Notes under the pieces: model-generated | What the model was told of the DNA's origin: nothing | What the model saw: the letters and a program-made list of their open reading frames with translations, nothing else | The model's database searches: none | Translations under genes and position numbers: made by a program | Source: Candidatus Latescibacterota bacterium | GTDB lineage: Bacteria > Latescibacterota > UBA2968 > GCA-2709665 | NCBI GenBank assembly: GCA_965219455.1 | Contig: OZ244744.1 | Span: forward strand, 3,616,001 to 3,680,000 | Length of the DNA: 64,000 bases | Direction: 5' to 3' | Shown here: positions 36,047 through 45,603 of the stretch, in pieces | Layout: each line of letters opens with the position of its first letter | Numbering within the stretch: the stretch's first letter is position 1

Positions 36047-38374
36047 TTAAAAGTCCTTCAGCAGCCCCGCCCGGTCCGCGTAGTCGAAAAATCGAAGCAG
36101 ATCGCGCCAGATGACGCTGATGGAATCGCCAGTGGCGCGGATGACCTCGTAACCGAATCTCGTCTTGTCGAAATGCCCGACGGCCGGGAAGTTGGATATC
36201 ATGTTCATTTCGATGTCCCGCAGGCCGGCGTGAACGTACTTCTCGTCGCCGGTGAGTTCCCATGCGTAGCCGATGCTTTCCCGGAGGGCGGAGAAACCAA
36301 TGTAACTCATCGGCGTCTCATTGCCGGGCATGGACAGATAGAGCCCTTCCGGCGTGCGAACGTCTTCGCTTGCCAGAAAGTCGCACAATTTCAGGAACGA
36401 GTCCCTGCTGAGGGAGTTCCCGAAGGTCTGAAAATGGTATGCCAGCCCGGTCGCGGCAATGCTGCCCATCACCGCCTGCTGGTACGGGATCGGGCCCCAT
36501 CCGCCGCTGCAGCCGCCGTTGGGTTCCAGCGGATCCGGTCCCTCTGAAAAAGAAGCCGCAATCCTCTCCGCGGCCTCTGCGTACCGCGTTTCCCCGGTGG
36601 CCCGATAAACGCTGCACAGCGCGATCAACGGCCAACCCCGGTCCCGCGCGCCCCGCCGTCCGTCGCCTCCCGCCACCTTCCGGCAGATCAGGTCCGCCAC
36701 GCCGCGCGCGGATTCCAGTGCCGGCGCGTATCCCGAATAATAGTAGTAAGAGAGAAAGCCCTCCGCCCACATATGGGAAAGGTGGCAGTTGGGCTTCCCG
36801 TCCGCACCAACGTGGTAGGCGCCGTGGGCGGTCCAACCTCCCCGTTCGTCGAAGTGATCGTCGAAGTGGATGACGTCCAGATCCATGACGTGGCGGATCG
36901 CAGCCTCAAAGGCGTCGAGATAGAGGTAACTGCCGGTGCGAACGAACTGGAGGTACACGGTCTGGCCGAAATCGTGCTCGCAGTTGGCCATAAAATCCAC
37001 GCGACCCCAGGATGCGCTCATCAGTTGCTCGTAGTCCCCGTAGTCCATCATCCCCAGTCGCCTGTCGTATCCCAGAAACTGCTCGAACTCCAGGCGGAAC
37101 TTCTGCTCGATACCCATGTATTTTCCGGGCTGATAGCGGAACACGGGCCCTAACCCGCCGGAGTTGATAAACCAGTCCGGAGAAGAGAAAACGATGGGAA
37201 ACTGATACCCAAAGTGCCAGTCCGGAAGCCGCGCCTCGGCCGCGCTGCCGGCGTACGCCCGCAGCTTGACCTGATGCGACTTGGCCTGTCCCTGGAAAAT
37301 CGCCAGCGGCCCCGCCGCCTCGGGCCAGAGGTCCAGGACGATACTGCCGGCGTCCGCGGAAAAGCCCTTGGGCCACTGCTGGACGAACTTGCGGACCGAC
37401 GCGGCGACCCCGCCTTCGCCGTTCCCCGCGGAGACCCATCCGTGCGACCGGCCGACCGGGGTCTCGCCGTCGTCTACCTCGGCGTCGATCATGGCGTCGT
37501 ACAGGGCCGTCCGGGGGGCTTCGGTCAGCAGGCCCCGAATCGGTTGCACCGAAGTGATCAGACCCCGGTTCCCCACCGTGGCGAAGGGACAGGTCGCATA
37601 CTCGTCAGCCCCGTTTATGGCGTGTGCGACAATCAAACGAACGGCCCGCAGTTGTTGCAGCCTGGGACTTTCCAGGTCCACGCTGGGCGTGCCAATGCCG
37701 TGGGCTCGTTTCAGCCGTTCCGGGACCTCCCGATAGGGCTCATCGTGGATAAATTGGTACTCCACCTCCAGGTCATCGGCGCCGGCAAATACCGTGACCC
37801 GAAAGACAAGCGAAAACAGCTTGCGCCCGGCTTCGTCCCGATGGACGCCGCGCCGGCTCACCACCAGCATTTTCCCGGTGAATCGCTCGATGCGGGCCTC
37901 TCCCTCGAGGCGGCTTGCATATGCTACGCCCGTCTCGTCCTCGATCTCGGCGCTGACCGACCGGATGCACTCCCGGTTTCCCCTGCCGCACCCGGCCAGG
38001 AACGCCTGCCCCGAACCGGGCAGGAGGAAGCGCAGGACGCCGTTGTCCACCTCCAATCCGGCAGCGGTCTTCGACGTCGTAATCCGGGGACCGGCGTCGG
38101 GTTCCGGCTTCTCCTCCGTCCAGTTCAGCGAATAGGTCTTCCTTCCGTTGTGGTCAAAGTCCGCCGGAAACTGAAGCAGCGCCCACTTTACCGACCCATC
38201 GGCCCAGCGGCCCAGTACTTCCGAAGCGAGAGGCAGGACCTGGCCGGTCTCGTCTTTCAGGGTCAGCCTCTCGGAATCCGTCAGAGATCCCTCCGGGAAC
38301 GGGAGTCCCCTGCACAGCCACTCTCCACGGCGCGGTACCCGGATTTCATTCGCCAGCGTGATATCTACGGCCAT
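36047..38374 (-). CDS. Exo-rhamnogalacturonan lyase/YetA-like (RIFT barrel + alpha/alpha toroid) protein
   Basis: GLPFPEG...RWADGSVKWALL N-terminus; GMMDYGD, RHVMDLD, SHMWAEG, RDRGW motifs. Confidence 0.65.
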   Translation of the reverse strand: MAVDITLANEIRVPRRGEWLCRGLPFPEGSLTDSERLTLKDETGQVLPLASEVLGRWADGSVKWALLQFPADFDHNGRKTYSLNWTEEKPEPDAGPRITTSKTAAGLEVDNGVLRFLLPGSGQAFLAGCGRGNRECIRSVSAEIEDETGVAYASRLEGEARIERFTGKMLVVSRRGVHRDEAGRKLFSLVFRVTVFAGADDLEVEYQFIHDEPYREVPERLKRAHGIGTPSVDLESPRLQQLRAVRLIVAHAINGADEYATCPFATVGNRGLITSVQPIRGLLTEAPRTALYDAMIDAEVDDGETPVGRSHGWVSAGNGEGGVAASVRKFVQQWPKGFSADAGSIVLDLWPEAAGPLAIFQGQAKSHQVKLRAYAGSAAEARLPDWHFGYQFPIVFSSPDWFINSGGLGPVFRYQPGKYMGIEQKFRLEFEQFLGYDRRLGMMDYGDYEQLMSASWGRVDFMANCEHDFGQTVYLQFVRTGSYLYLDAFEAAIRHVMDLDVIHFDDHFDERGGWTAHGAYHVGADGKPNCHLSHMWAEGFLSYYYYSGYAPALESARGVADLICRKVAGGDGRRGARDRGWPLIALCSVYRATGETRYAEAAERIAASFSEGPDPLEPNGGCSGGWGPIPYQQAVMGSIAATGLAYHFQTFGNSLSRDSFLKLCDFLASEDVRTPEGLYLSMPGNETPMSYIGFSALRESIGYAWELTGDEKYVHAGLRDIEMNMISNFPAVGHFDKTRFGYEVIRATGDSISVIWRDLLRFFDYADRAGLLKDF

Positions 38375-38650
38375 AAGACGATCCTTTCATAGCAGGGAGG
38401 GAGCTCGTTCTGGTTTTTATCATACGCGCGGGAAGCGGGGCCGGCACAATGTCAACCATCTACTACTCCCGTCGATATCTGCCTTAAACAACGGCGGTTA
38501 ATACCACAACACACACTTCTTATTCCACCAGGGTACTCTATATTCTTCTACGTCAAAGGTGATTCGCTCGATGATTCAGAATAGAGCCATAACCTGCCGT
38601 GCTTTCCGATCCCTGGGCGATTTAATCCAGGGGTTTCATCATTTATCAGA

Positions 38651-40480
38651 TTAGTCTCCCGAACGCCATCGTCGCATTATTTCTTTAGTACTACGTGCTT
38701 CGTTACGTATTTCTTCACTCGTATCCACTTGAATTATAGAATCCAACAAAGCTGCCGCACCATCATGTTCTATGTATCCGAATGTCTCAATGGCTATTCT
38801 TCGAATGATACTGTCTCCTGTGCGAATCAAACCCATCAATCCTTGTGCAGCCCGTTCTCGAGTCTCCTGATTATCATATAAGGAAGAATAACGCATAAAC
38901 ATCAATTTGATCGTCTCTACTGCATGATAATGCCGTGAGGATGTATCTTGTTCTATAATCTGCATAACTTCTGGAAATACCTCAGGACCAAGACCAGTCA
39001 GTCCTTTTGTCGCCCATTCACTTAGGTCCAGATGCTGGATTAATATGGGCTTAAAATTCGGATTTAGTTGATGGGAGGCCATTCGCAGCATAAATGCCAG
39101 ACATTCTCCCTTTACTATTTCATCCCCTATCGTATCACTTGCCGCCGTTCTTTTCAATAATGTAAACAAGAAATCTTGCATTTCACTCGGCCAAGGTATT
39201 TCAGGTAAATTAAAGCTGGTGAGCTGATCAAGTATATCACAATATTCTGATCGAGGATCAATTTCATTTGACGCTCTTAAAAGTCTTTCTGTCCAATGTT
39301 GAAGCTGTTGTTCTGAAGGAAATGAAGTAATCTCGATCTGTGGGCGAGGAGTTTTTATATAGTGAAACTCATTGGAAGTTTCCATTTTAAAAATACGCAA
39401 AGTTTCTGGCCAATTGTCCCCATCAATATCTATTCTATTAAAATCAGGACGGTAAAACGTGATATGGTAGTTCGATCCATAGAACTCTTTATCAAGATTG
39501 AGTACATTATATTCTCGTGTTAATTTCTGATCTTTAAACCGAAAAGAAATACTCGTAGGCTCATAGCCATATTGCGACGGTACGCGCACTGCAATCCGTT
39601 GTTTATTGTCCAACAAAGGTATTCCCCAAATGCCTGGTATATTATCGGTATATGGAATACGAAATGTCATTTCATCTAAGAGCGTTAAAGTGTCTGGACC
39701 GGTGAAAGCATAAACCCCTAATATTGGTGTTCCTGGAAATGGTGAACCTTCCCAATATCCCGATCTTAATACAGCAAGTTCATCTCGTCCACTATCATCC
39801 AGATCTCCCACATATATGCGAAAATAGGCTGTAGGAAGAGTCAATTGGGCAATAGACTCAAGAGTCGTTCCATTCCAAGACAATACGCGAATACGAATGG
39901 GACCGATTCCGCCCAGATTATACCCTTGGTATAAATCACATAATATGATTTCATCGCTACCATCACCTTCGAAGTCTCCAATTCGTGAACACATTCCGCG
40001 AAAATCAGTATATTCGGTTCGTATCATTTTACCCTGTTGCCACCGAAATATCTCTACACCTGGTCCACTTCCCCATGCAGAAGACTTTTTAATACGAGAA
40101 TACACTATTTCTTCAATACCGTCACCTTCTAGATCCGCCGGAAAAAAGTAATTATCATTGCCACGGACAGGCGCTTCAGTTAATAATTGACGGGTTCTAA
40201 GATCATAAAAACGGAGTTCAGATCTTCCCCAATGCGATACTCGTATACATAAATCGTGATGCCCATCTCCATTTACATCTGCAAAAACCCAACCCGTTAT
40301 AGTATCACTTTCAGCAAGGTGTATTCCCGTAGGTACTGTAATATGGTCATTGTACAGTACTCCTTCTGAATTTGATATAGCCTTATCTGTCCACAAAAAC
40401 AATAAGCCGATTAACCAGTGAATATAATACAATTGGTCCCTCCGAAATTGAAGTATCCGGCCTGTGATCTCTGAGCGCAT
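38651..40480 (-). CDS. Low-GC secreted FG-GAP/VCBS repeat protein with C-terminal HEAT-like helices
   Basis: DVNGDG, DLEGDG, DFEGDG, DLDDSG and DIDGD repeats; markedly AT-rich compared with the flanks. Confidence 0.75.
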   Translation of the reverse strand: MRSEITGRILQFRRDQLYYIHWLIGLLFLWTDKAISNSEGVLYNDHITVPTGIHLAESDTITGWVFADVNGDGHHDLCIRVSHWGRSELRFYDLRTRQLLTEAPVRGNDNYFFPADLEGDGIEEIVYSRIKKSSAWGSGPGVEIFRWQQGKMIRTEYTDFRGMCSRIGDFEGDGSDEIILCDLYQGYNLGGIGPIRIRVLSWNGTTLESIAQLTLPTAYFRIYVGDLDDSGRDELAVLRSGYWEGSPFPGTPILGVYAFTGPDTLTLLDEMTFRIPYTDNIPGIWGIPLLDNKQRIAVRVPSQYGYEPTSISFRFKDQKLTREYNVLNLDKEFYGSNYHITFYRPDFNRIDIDGDNWPETLRIFKMETSNEFHYIKTPRPQIEITSFPSEQQLQHWTERLLRASNEIDPRSEYCDILDQLTSFNLPEIPWPSEMQDFLFTLLKRTAASDTIGDEIVKGECLAFMLRMASHQLNPNFKPILIQHLDLSEWATKGLTGLGPEVFPEVMQIIEQDTSSRHYHAVETIKLMFMRYSSLYDNQETRERAAQGLMGLIRTGDSIIRRIAIETFGYIEHDGAAALLDSIIQVDTSEEIRNEARSTKEIMRRWRSGD

Positions 40481-40529
40481 GCCAGATGCATTACTCGCTA
40501 CTCCCTACCTTTCCCGAACTTTCCGCAAT

Positions 40530-41197
40530 AAAAGGAAAGTCATTGAATCCCCGTAGATTCCGTAATACGGACCTCGTCTGAACCGTCCTGGTCAATTAGA
40601 TATCTGTCCGAGTCGCCGTCCCGACCTGCCGTGAAAGCTATCGCTCACGATTGGGTGAACATGCCGAATGTATCTCCCAACCGTTATTTTCGGCAAGTCG
40701 CGTCAAATCAGTACCATCAATATCTATTCGATATAGATTCCCGTTTCGCCCCAATCTTGCGCAAACAATCACCCAACGGAGTCCACGATATACTTGAATC
40801 CAAATCAATACTCAATTGGCGCATTCGACGCAATAGACTTGGATTAACCACTGCCTATATCTGTTCTCGTCGATTCGGCGCCAGGTACTTCATCCTCACC
40901 TGTAATGTAAGAGATTTTACCAATCGCTAGAGGCGACCGGCCGAGAAAGAACTCTGGAACCTAACTGTGTGTTCAACCACACAAGGCGCACCGAACGCGG
41001 CGGCAAATAGCCAGAAATCGAAAAAGCCAACATCCCCGTCACCGTCCAGATCCATTGCGGCATTTATACTCCCGAATGAGTCTACAAAGATCACAAAGTC
41101 TGAGAAATCGACATGACGGCTATTGTCGAAGTCGACCGATGCGATTGCCGGCTGAAAGGGGGACAATGCTCAAGAGTAGGGCAAGTAGGAAGCGCAT
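40530..41197 (-). pseudogene. Decayed EF-hand/dockerin + TolB-like (PD40) gene
   Basis: RBS AAGGAGG, ATG 41197 and signal peptide, then a frameshift in a C run; DFDNSRHVDFSDF / DLDGDGDVGFFDF; downstream fragments IAFTAGRDGDSDRYLIDQDGS. Confidence 0.6.
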
Positions 41198-41678
41198 GGA
41201 TCCCTCCTTGGTTGAATATAGCATCAAAGAGGAAAACCCCAAGCTGAACTGCCCAGGGAGTCCATTCGCGTTAAGTTGTAGCGAGGCGTTGCCTCAGACC
41301 GCCAAAACGTGTTGTTGCATAACTGTCGTGGCGTGCATAAAATAGGCCCCCGTTGAGCGCTCTTAGCATGAAACTTGACTCAAATACTACAAAATTCGCC
41401 GCCCAAGCAGGCTAGGGAAGGGTTTAGCACGAGAGTGAACGCACCGATATAATAGGTCGAATAAAACGTAATCCCCCGGGCCGTTCGTGCCGTTCGCAAG
41501 CCCTGATTGTGCTTGCGCGCGGGGGTACCCGGGCCTACTTTTCGACGTCGTGCCGAGGATGCCGGGAACAAATCAGAACGCACGACGTTGCAGATCCAAT
41601 ATACGTTGCGCCCATTTGGGTTTCAACACCTTTTCAGGATCGTTGTCGTTGAACGAAGATGCATTCAAGGGTGCAGGT

Positions 41679-42632
41679 ATGTCAGAACCGTTGTTGCGGG
41701 TTGTGGACCTGAAAATGCATTTCTATCCGGGCCGGGACGTGGTGAAGGCCGTAGACGGAGTGACGTTTCAGATCCACCGGAACCAGACCTTCGGCCTGGT
41801 CGGAGAGAGTGGCAGCGGCAAGTCGACCCTCGCCCGCGCAATCCTCCGGCTGCACGAGCCCACGGCCGGACGGGTGCATTTCGAAGGACGTGACGTGTGT
41901 GCGCTCTCCGGCCGGGAAATGCGCGCTCTCCGGCGGAAAATGCAGATTGTCTTTCAGGACCCGCTGTCGTCGCTGAACCCGATGATGAGCGTGGGCGCCA
42001 TTGTGGGGGACGCCCTGACGATACACAGGGTCGGGACTAGGCGGGAGCGAGAGGAGGAGGTGGGTCGGCTGCTGGACCTGGTGGGCGTGGGACGACGGTT
42101 CGCGGACGCGTTTCCCCACGAGTTCTCCGGCGGGCAGCAGCAGCGCGTGGCAATCGCCCGGGCCCTGGCGTTGAAACCGCAATTCGTGGTCTGCGACGAG
42201 CCCGTCTCCTCGCTGGATCTGTCCATCCAGGCACAGATCCTGAATCTGCTGGAATCCCTGCAGGATCGCTTCGGCCTGGCCTACCTCTTCATTTCGCACG
42301 ATTTGAAAGTCGTGGAGCACCTGTCGGACGTGGTGGGTGTGATGTACCTGGGAAAGCTGGTCGAGGTGGGTCCCACCGGGTTGCTGTATGGGCGGCCGCG
42401 CCACCCCTATACCCAGATTCTGCTGGCTTCGGCTCCACGGCTCGACCCTGATGCGCGTACGGAGCGGATCATCCTCGAGGGGGAGGTACCCAGTCCCATC
42501 GATCCCCCTTCGGGATGCGCGTTCCATCCGCGGTGCCCGTACCGGATGGACCGGTGCAGCGAGGAGTCACCGGAGTTGAAGCAGATCGAGCCGGGACATC
42601 AAGCCGCTTGTTTTCTCACCGAGGGGGCGTAG
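41679..42632 (+). CDS. Peptide ABC transporter ATPase (OppF-like)
   Basis: GESGSGKS, FSGGQQQR, DEPVSSLD, CAFHPRC. Confidence 0.92.
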   Translation: MSEPLLRVVDLKMHFYPGRDVVKAVDGVTFQIHRNQTFGLVGESGSGKSTLARAILRLHEPTAGRVHFEGRDVCALSGREMRALRRKMQIVFQDPLSSLNPMMSVGAIVGDALTIHRVGTRREREEEVGRLLDLVGVGRRFADAFPHEFSGGQQQRVAIARALALKPQFVVCDEPVSSLDLSIQAQILNLLESLQDRFGLAYLFISHDLKVVEHLSDVVGVMYLGKLVEVGPTGLLYGRPRHPYTQILLASAPRLDPDARTERIILEGEVPSPIDPPSGCAFHPRCPYRMDRCSEESPELKQIEPGHQAACFLTEGA

Positions 42633-42683
42633 CCTTCTGCCGCGGCCCGCCATCAGCATTGCAGTAACCGATCGGAGAGGAAA

Positions 42684-44630
42684 ATGGACCTGCTGGACAT
42701 CAATGTGATGCTCGGGCCCACGTCCGACGCCGCCGAACCCCAATTCCGGAATGCCGACGATCTGCTTCGGGAATTGGATCGGCTGCAGATCGCCGAGGCG
42801 CTCGTATACTCCAGCCACGCCCGGTACGGTCATCCACGGGAGGGAAACTGGCGGCTGTTCGAGCAACTCGGCGGCCACCGCGACCGGTTGCATCCCTGCT
42901 GGCTGCTGCTGCCGCCGGGTACCCCCGAGTTGCCCGCTCCGGATGAAATCGTCCGCCAGATGCGGGAGCACGGCGTCCACGCCGCCCGGCTGCTGCCAGG
43001 GCAGCATCTCTTTCCGGTGAGCCGCCGTATCCTGGGCCCCTTACTGGCGGCGCTGGCGGAGGCCGCGATTCCTCTGATTCTGGATCTGGAAAGGCGCCAC
43101 TGGTCCGACATGTCTCCCTGGGACGAAATATTCGATCTGTGCGAGGCGTACCCCCGCCTGCCCGTGATCCTGCTTCGGGAGGGTGGAGACGCCCCCAGGG
43201 TGATGTATCATCTCTGGGATGAGTTTCCGAATCTCTACCTCGAGACCTCCTATATCCAGAGTGCAAACTGCCTCGAGGAAATCTGCGAACGATTTGGAAG
43301 CGGGCGGATCTTGTTCGGAAGCGGCATGCCGGCGTACGACGCGGGCGGGCCGATTGCGACGGTCGCGGGAAGCAGGCTGACGGTCGCGGGAAGCAGGCTG
43401 ACGGGCGGGCAGCGCGCGGCGATCGCGGGGAACAACGCGCGGCGGCTGCTGCGCCTCGAGGCCCCCCGGGAAGCGACGGACCGCGAATGGCCGGTCGCGG
43501 CGGACGGGATGCGGGTGTGGGACATCCACGGACACCTGGGACCGTGGTACAAGATTCCCTACCCGGTTTACAATGCGGGGGACACGGTCCGGCGTATGGA
43601 TGAGGTGGGCGTGGAACGCTTTGTCATCAGCGATATCCGCGCAATCGAAAACGACCCGGACTCGGGGAATGCCCGGGCGATCGAGGCGACCGCGGAATAC
43701 CCCGGCCGTCTCTTCGCGTACGCCGGCTACGCACCCGGCAAATACGCGAACAACATCGGGTCCTTCGACCGTCTTTTCGACGAGCCCGGCGTCGTGGGCA
43801 TCAAGTTCCACTGCCAGCTTCACAATACGCCTCCCGATTCGCCGAAATACCGCCCCGCGTTCGAGGTTGCAAACGAGCGGCGCCTGCCGATCCTGACCCA
43901 CGGCGTGCTGCCCCCCGACATGCTCCGGGGGTTGCTGGCGGAAATGCCGCACCTGACTTATATAGCAGCCCATTTTGCCGCGAGCCCGCCGGAAGCCCAC
44001 GAACCCTATCTGGAAATCGCCGGGGAGTTTTCCAATCTTTACTACGACACCACCGGCTCAACCGTTCTTCGGGGCGGTTTCGCGCGGCTGGTTGCGCGGA
44101 TGCCCCCAGAGCAGATTTTGTATGGCTCGGACTTTCCCATTATGGATTTTCCCTATCAGCTCGGCCGGGTGCTCTATGCGGATATCAGCGACGAACTCAA
44201 GCGCAAGATTCTCTGGGAGAATCCGTCGCGGATCTACCGCAGGGCGGGAATTCGACGAAAGGAGGGATCGGATGAAACCGGAACGGGTCCATGTGACCTA
44301 CGGGCCGCGGCAGACGCCGCGTTTCGAGGTGGAGATGATTACGGACGCAGCAGGGTACCTCCAAACCGGCGGCAGCGGCGCGAGTTGCTGGGGGTACAAT
44401 CAGTCCAACGTCGTCCGGGCGGGCGAGGACGTCTATGCGCTCAGCTGGCGGGACGATATGACGCTGGTGGTGTTCCGGCGCGCGGGCCACGGGAGGTGGG
44501 AGTCCAGCCCTCCGCTGCCTCCCGTGCCGCAGAACGGCAACCTGCTCGTGGACGGCGCCGGGCGGCTGCACGTGATTGCGGGCGCAAACGCGAGCTACCA
44601 CGCCGTCTTCGATCCGCCCGGGCAGGTTGA
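42684..44630 (+). CDS. Tandem amidohydrolase-2 family protein (true end probably near 44255)
   Basis: Two TIM-barrel modules (ILFGSGMP; DIHGH, GIKFH, ILYGSDFP); the ORF runs 359 bp into the next gene. Confidence 0.8.
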   Translation: MDLLDINVMLGPTSDAAEPQFRNADDLLRELDRLQIAEALVYSSHARYGHPREGNWRLFEQLGGHRDRLHPCWLLLPPGTPELPAPDEIVRQMREHGVHAARLLPGQHLFPVSRRILGPLLAALAEAAIPLILDLERRHWSDMSPWDEIFDLCEAYPRLPVILLREGGDAPRVMYHLWDEFPNLYLETSYIQSANCLEEICERFGSGRILFGSGMPAYDAGGPIATVAGSRLTVAGSRLTGGQRAAIAGNNARRLLRLEAPREATDREWPVAADGMRVWDIHGHLGPWYKIPYPVYNAGDTVRRMDEVGVERFVISDIRAIENDPDSGNARAIEATAEYPGRLFAYAGYAPGKYANNIGSFDRLFDEPGVVGIKFHCQLHNTPPDSPKYRPAFEVANERRLPILTHGVLPPDMLRGLLAEMPHLTYIAAHFAASPPEAHEPYLEIAGEFSNLYYDTTGSTVLRGGFARLVARMPPEQILYGSDFPIMDFPYQLGRVLYADISDELKRKILWENPSRIYRRAGIRRKEGSDETGTGPCDLRAAADAAFRGGDDYGRSRVPPNRRQRRELLGVQSVQRRPGGRGRLCAQLAGRYDAGGVPARGPREVGVQPSAASRAAERQPARGRRRAAARDCGRKRELPRRLRSARAG

Positions 44631-45555
44631 AAGGTTCACAATTCAGGAATACGCCTCGGCCGACAGCCGCTTCGGCGCGTCGATCGACGCCGCCGGTCGG
44701 ATCTTCGTCGCCGGCGGGCTGGCAACCATGGCCTGGTACGTGCTGGACCCGGAAACCGGCTATCGTCCAATGGCCTCAGGGAGCGTGCGACACGAACGCA
44801 ACCGGGGATACAACTTCGTGATCCTCAACGGATCCGAGGCGCATGCGATTTCGAGCGACGACTATTTCCTGGAGGGCGAACAGTATCCCAACCAGACGGT
44901 GAAGCTGAGGGACCAGGAGACCGGCGAGATCAGGTCCGTAGAGACCCCCCGCGGCATCTACCCTGTTCTGAAGGCTTACTATTACTACTGTCCGGATGTG
45001 TTCGGAACCCCGGAAGACTGGCGACTGACGGTAATCAGCGACGTGTCCGATACGTTCGACGGCCGGGCCAGGGGGACGACCGATCATCAGGATTTGATGA
45101 TGGATATGAGGGGGCGGGTTCACCTGACGTACTACGAAAACCGGCAGCCGGCCGCCACCGTATGGGCGGGGCGGGGTCAGGATCCGGAAAACAGCCTGCT
45201 CTACCACGCGGTGGGTGGTCCCGGCGGACCGTTCAAACACTTCTGTTTGGGCAACTTCAACGGTGGCAGGGTCTACCAGGGTCCGGACGGCCGGTTTCAC
45301 TATTTCCTCACCCGCGGGGGGCGGGGCAACGCGGAAGGTGTCTGGTACGCAGCTGGAGAAGACGGAGGTTGGGACCGGATCAGTGAACCCGTGCAACTGG
45401 ACCTGCCGTCTCGGCTGTGGCACTTCTTTACGAACACGACGCGCGCGGGCGGCGCCCGGTCGCCCTTTGTGGACTGCTATTGGACCGGGGCGTCCCAGGA
45501 GAACAGCAACGAGGTGTATTATGGGCGGCTGACGCCGGGGCCGCGGGACGAATGA
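44272..45555 (+). CDS. Hypothetical beta-propeller-like protein
   Basis: RBS AGGAGG and ATG 44272; repeated DxxGRxHV blade-like motifs. Confidence 0.65.
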   Translation: MKPERVHVTYGPRQTPRFEVEMITDAAGYLQTGGSGASCWGYNQSNVVRAGEDVYALSWRDDMTLVVFRRAGHGRWESSPPLPPVPQNGNLLVDGAGRLHVIAGANASYHAVFDPPGQVERFTIQEYASADSRFGASIDAAGRIFVAGGLATMAWYVLDPETGYRPMASGSVRHERNRGYNFVILNGSEAHAISSDDYFLEGEQYPNQTVKLRDQETGEIRSVETPRGIYPVLKAYYYYCPDVFGTPEDWRLTVISDVSDTFDGRARGTTDHQDLMMDMRGRVHLTYYENRQPAATVWAGRGQDPENSLLYHAVGGPGGPFKHFCLGNFNGGRVYQGPDGRFHYFLTRGGRGNAEGVWYAAGEDGGWDRISEPVQLDLPSRLWHFFTNTTRAGGARSPFVDCYWTGASQENSNEVYYGRLTPGPRDE

Positions 45556-45603
45556 CGCCATCGTTCGGTGAGGGCGGGCGCCGGTAAAGGTCCGCCCCGT
45601 CGA

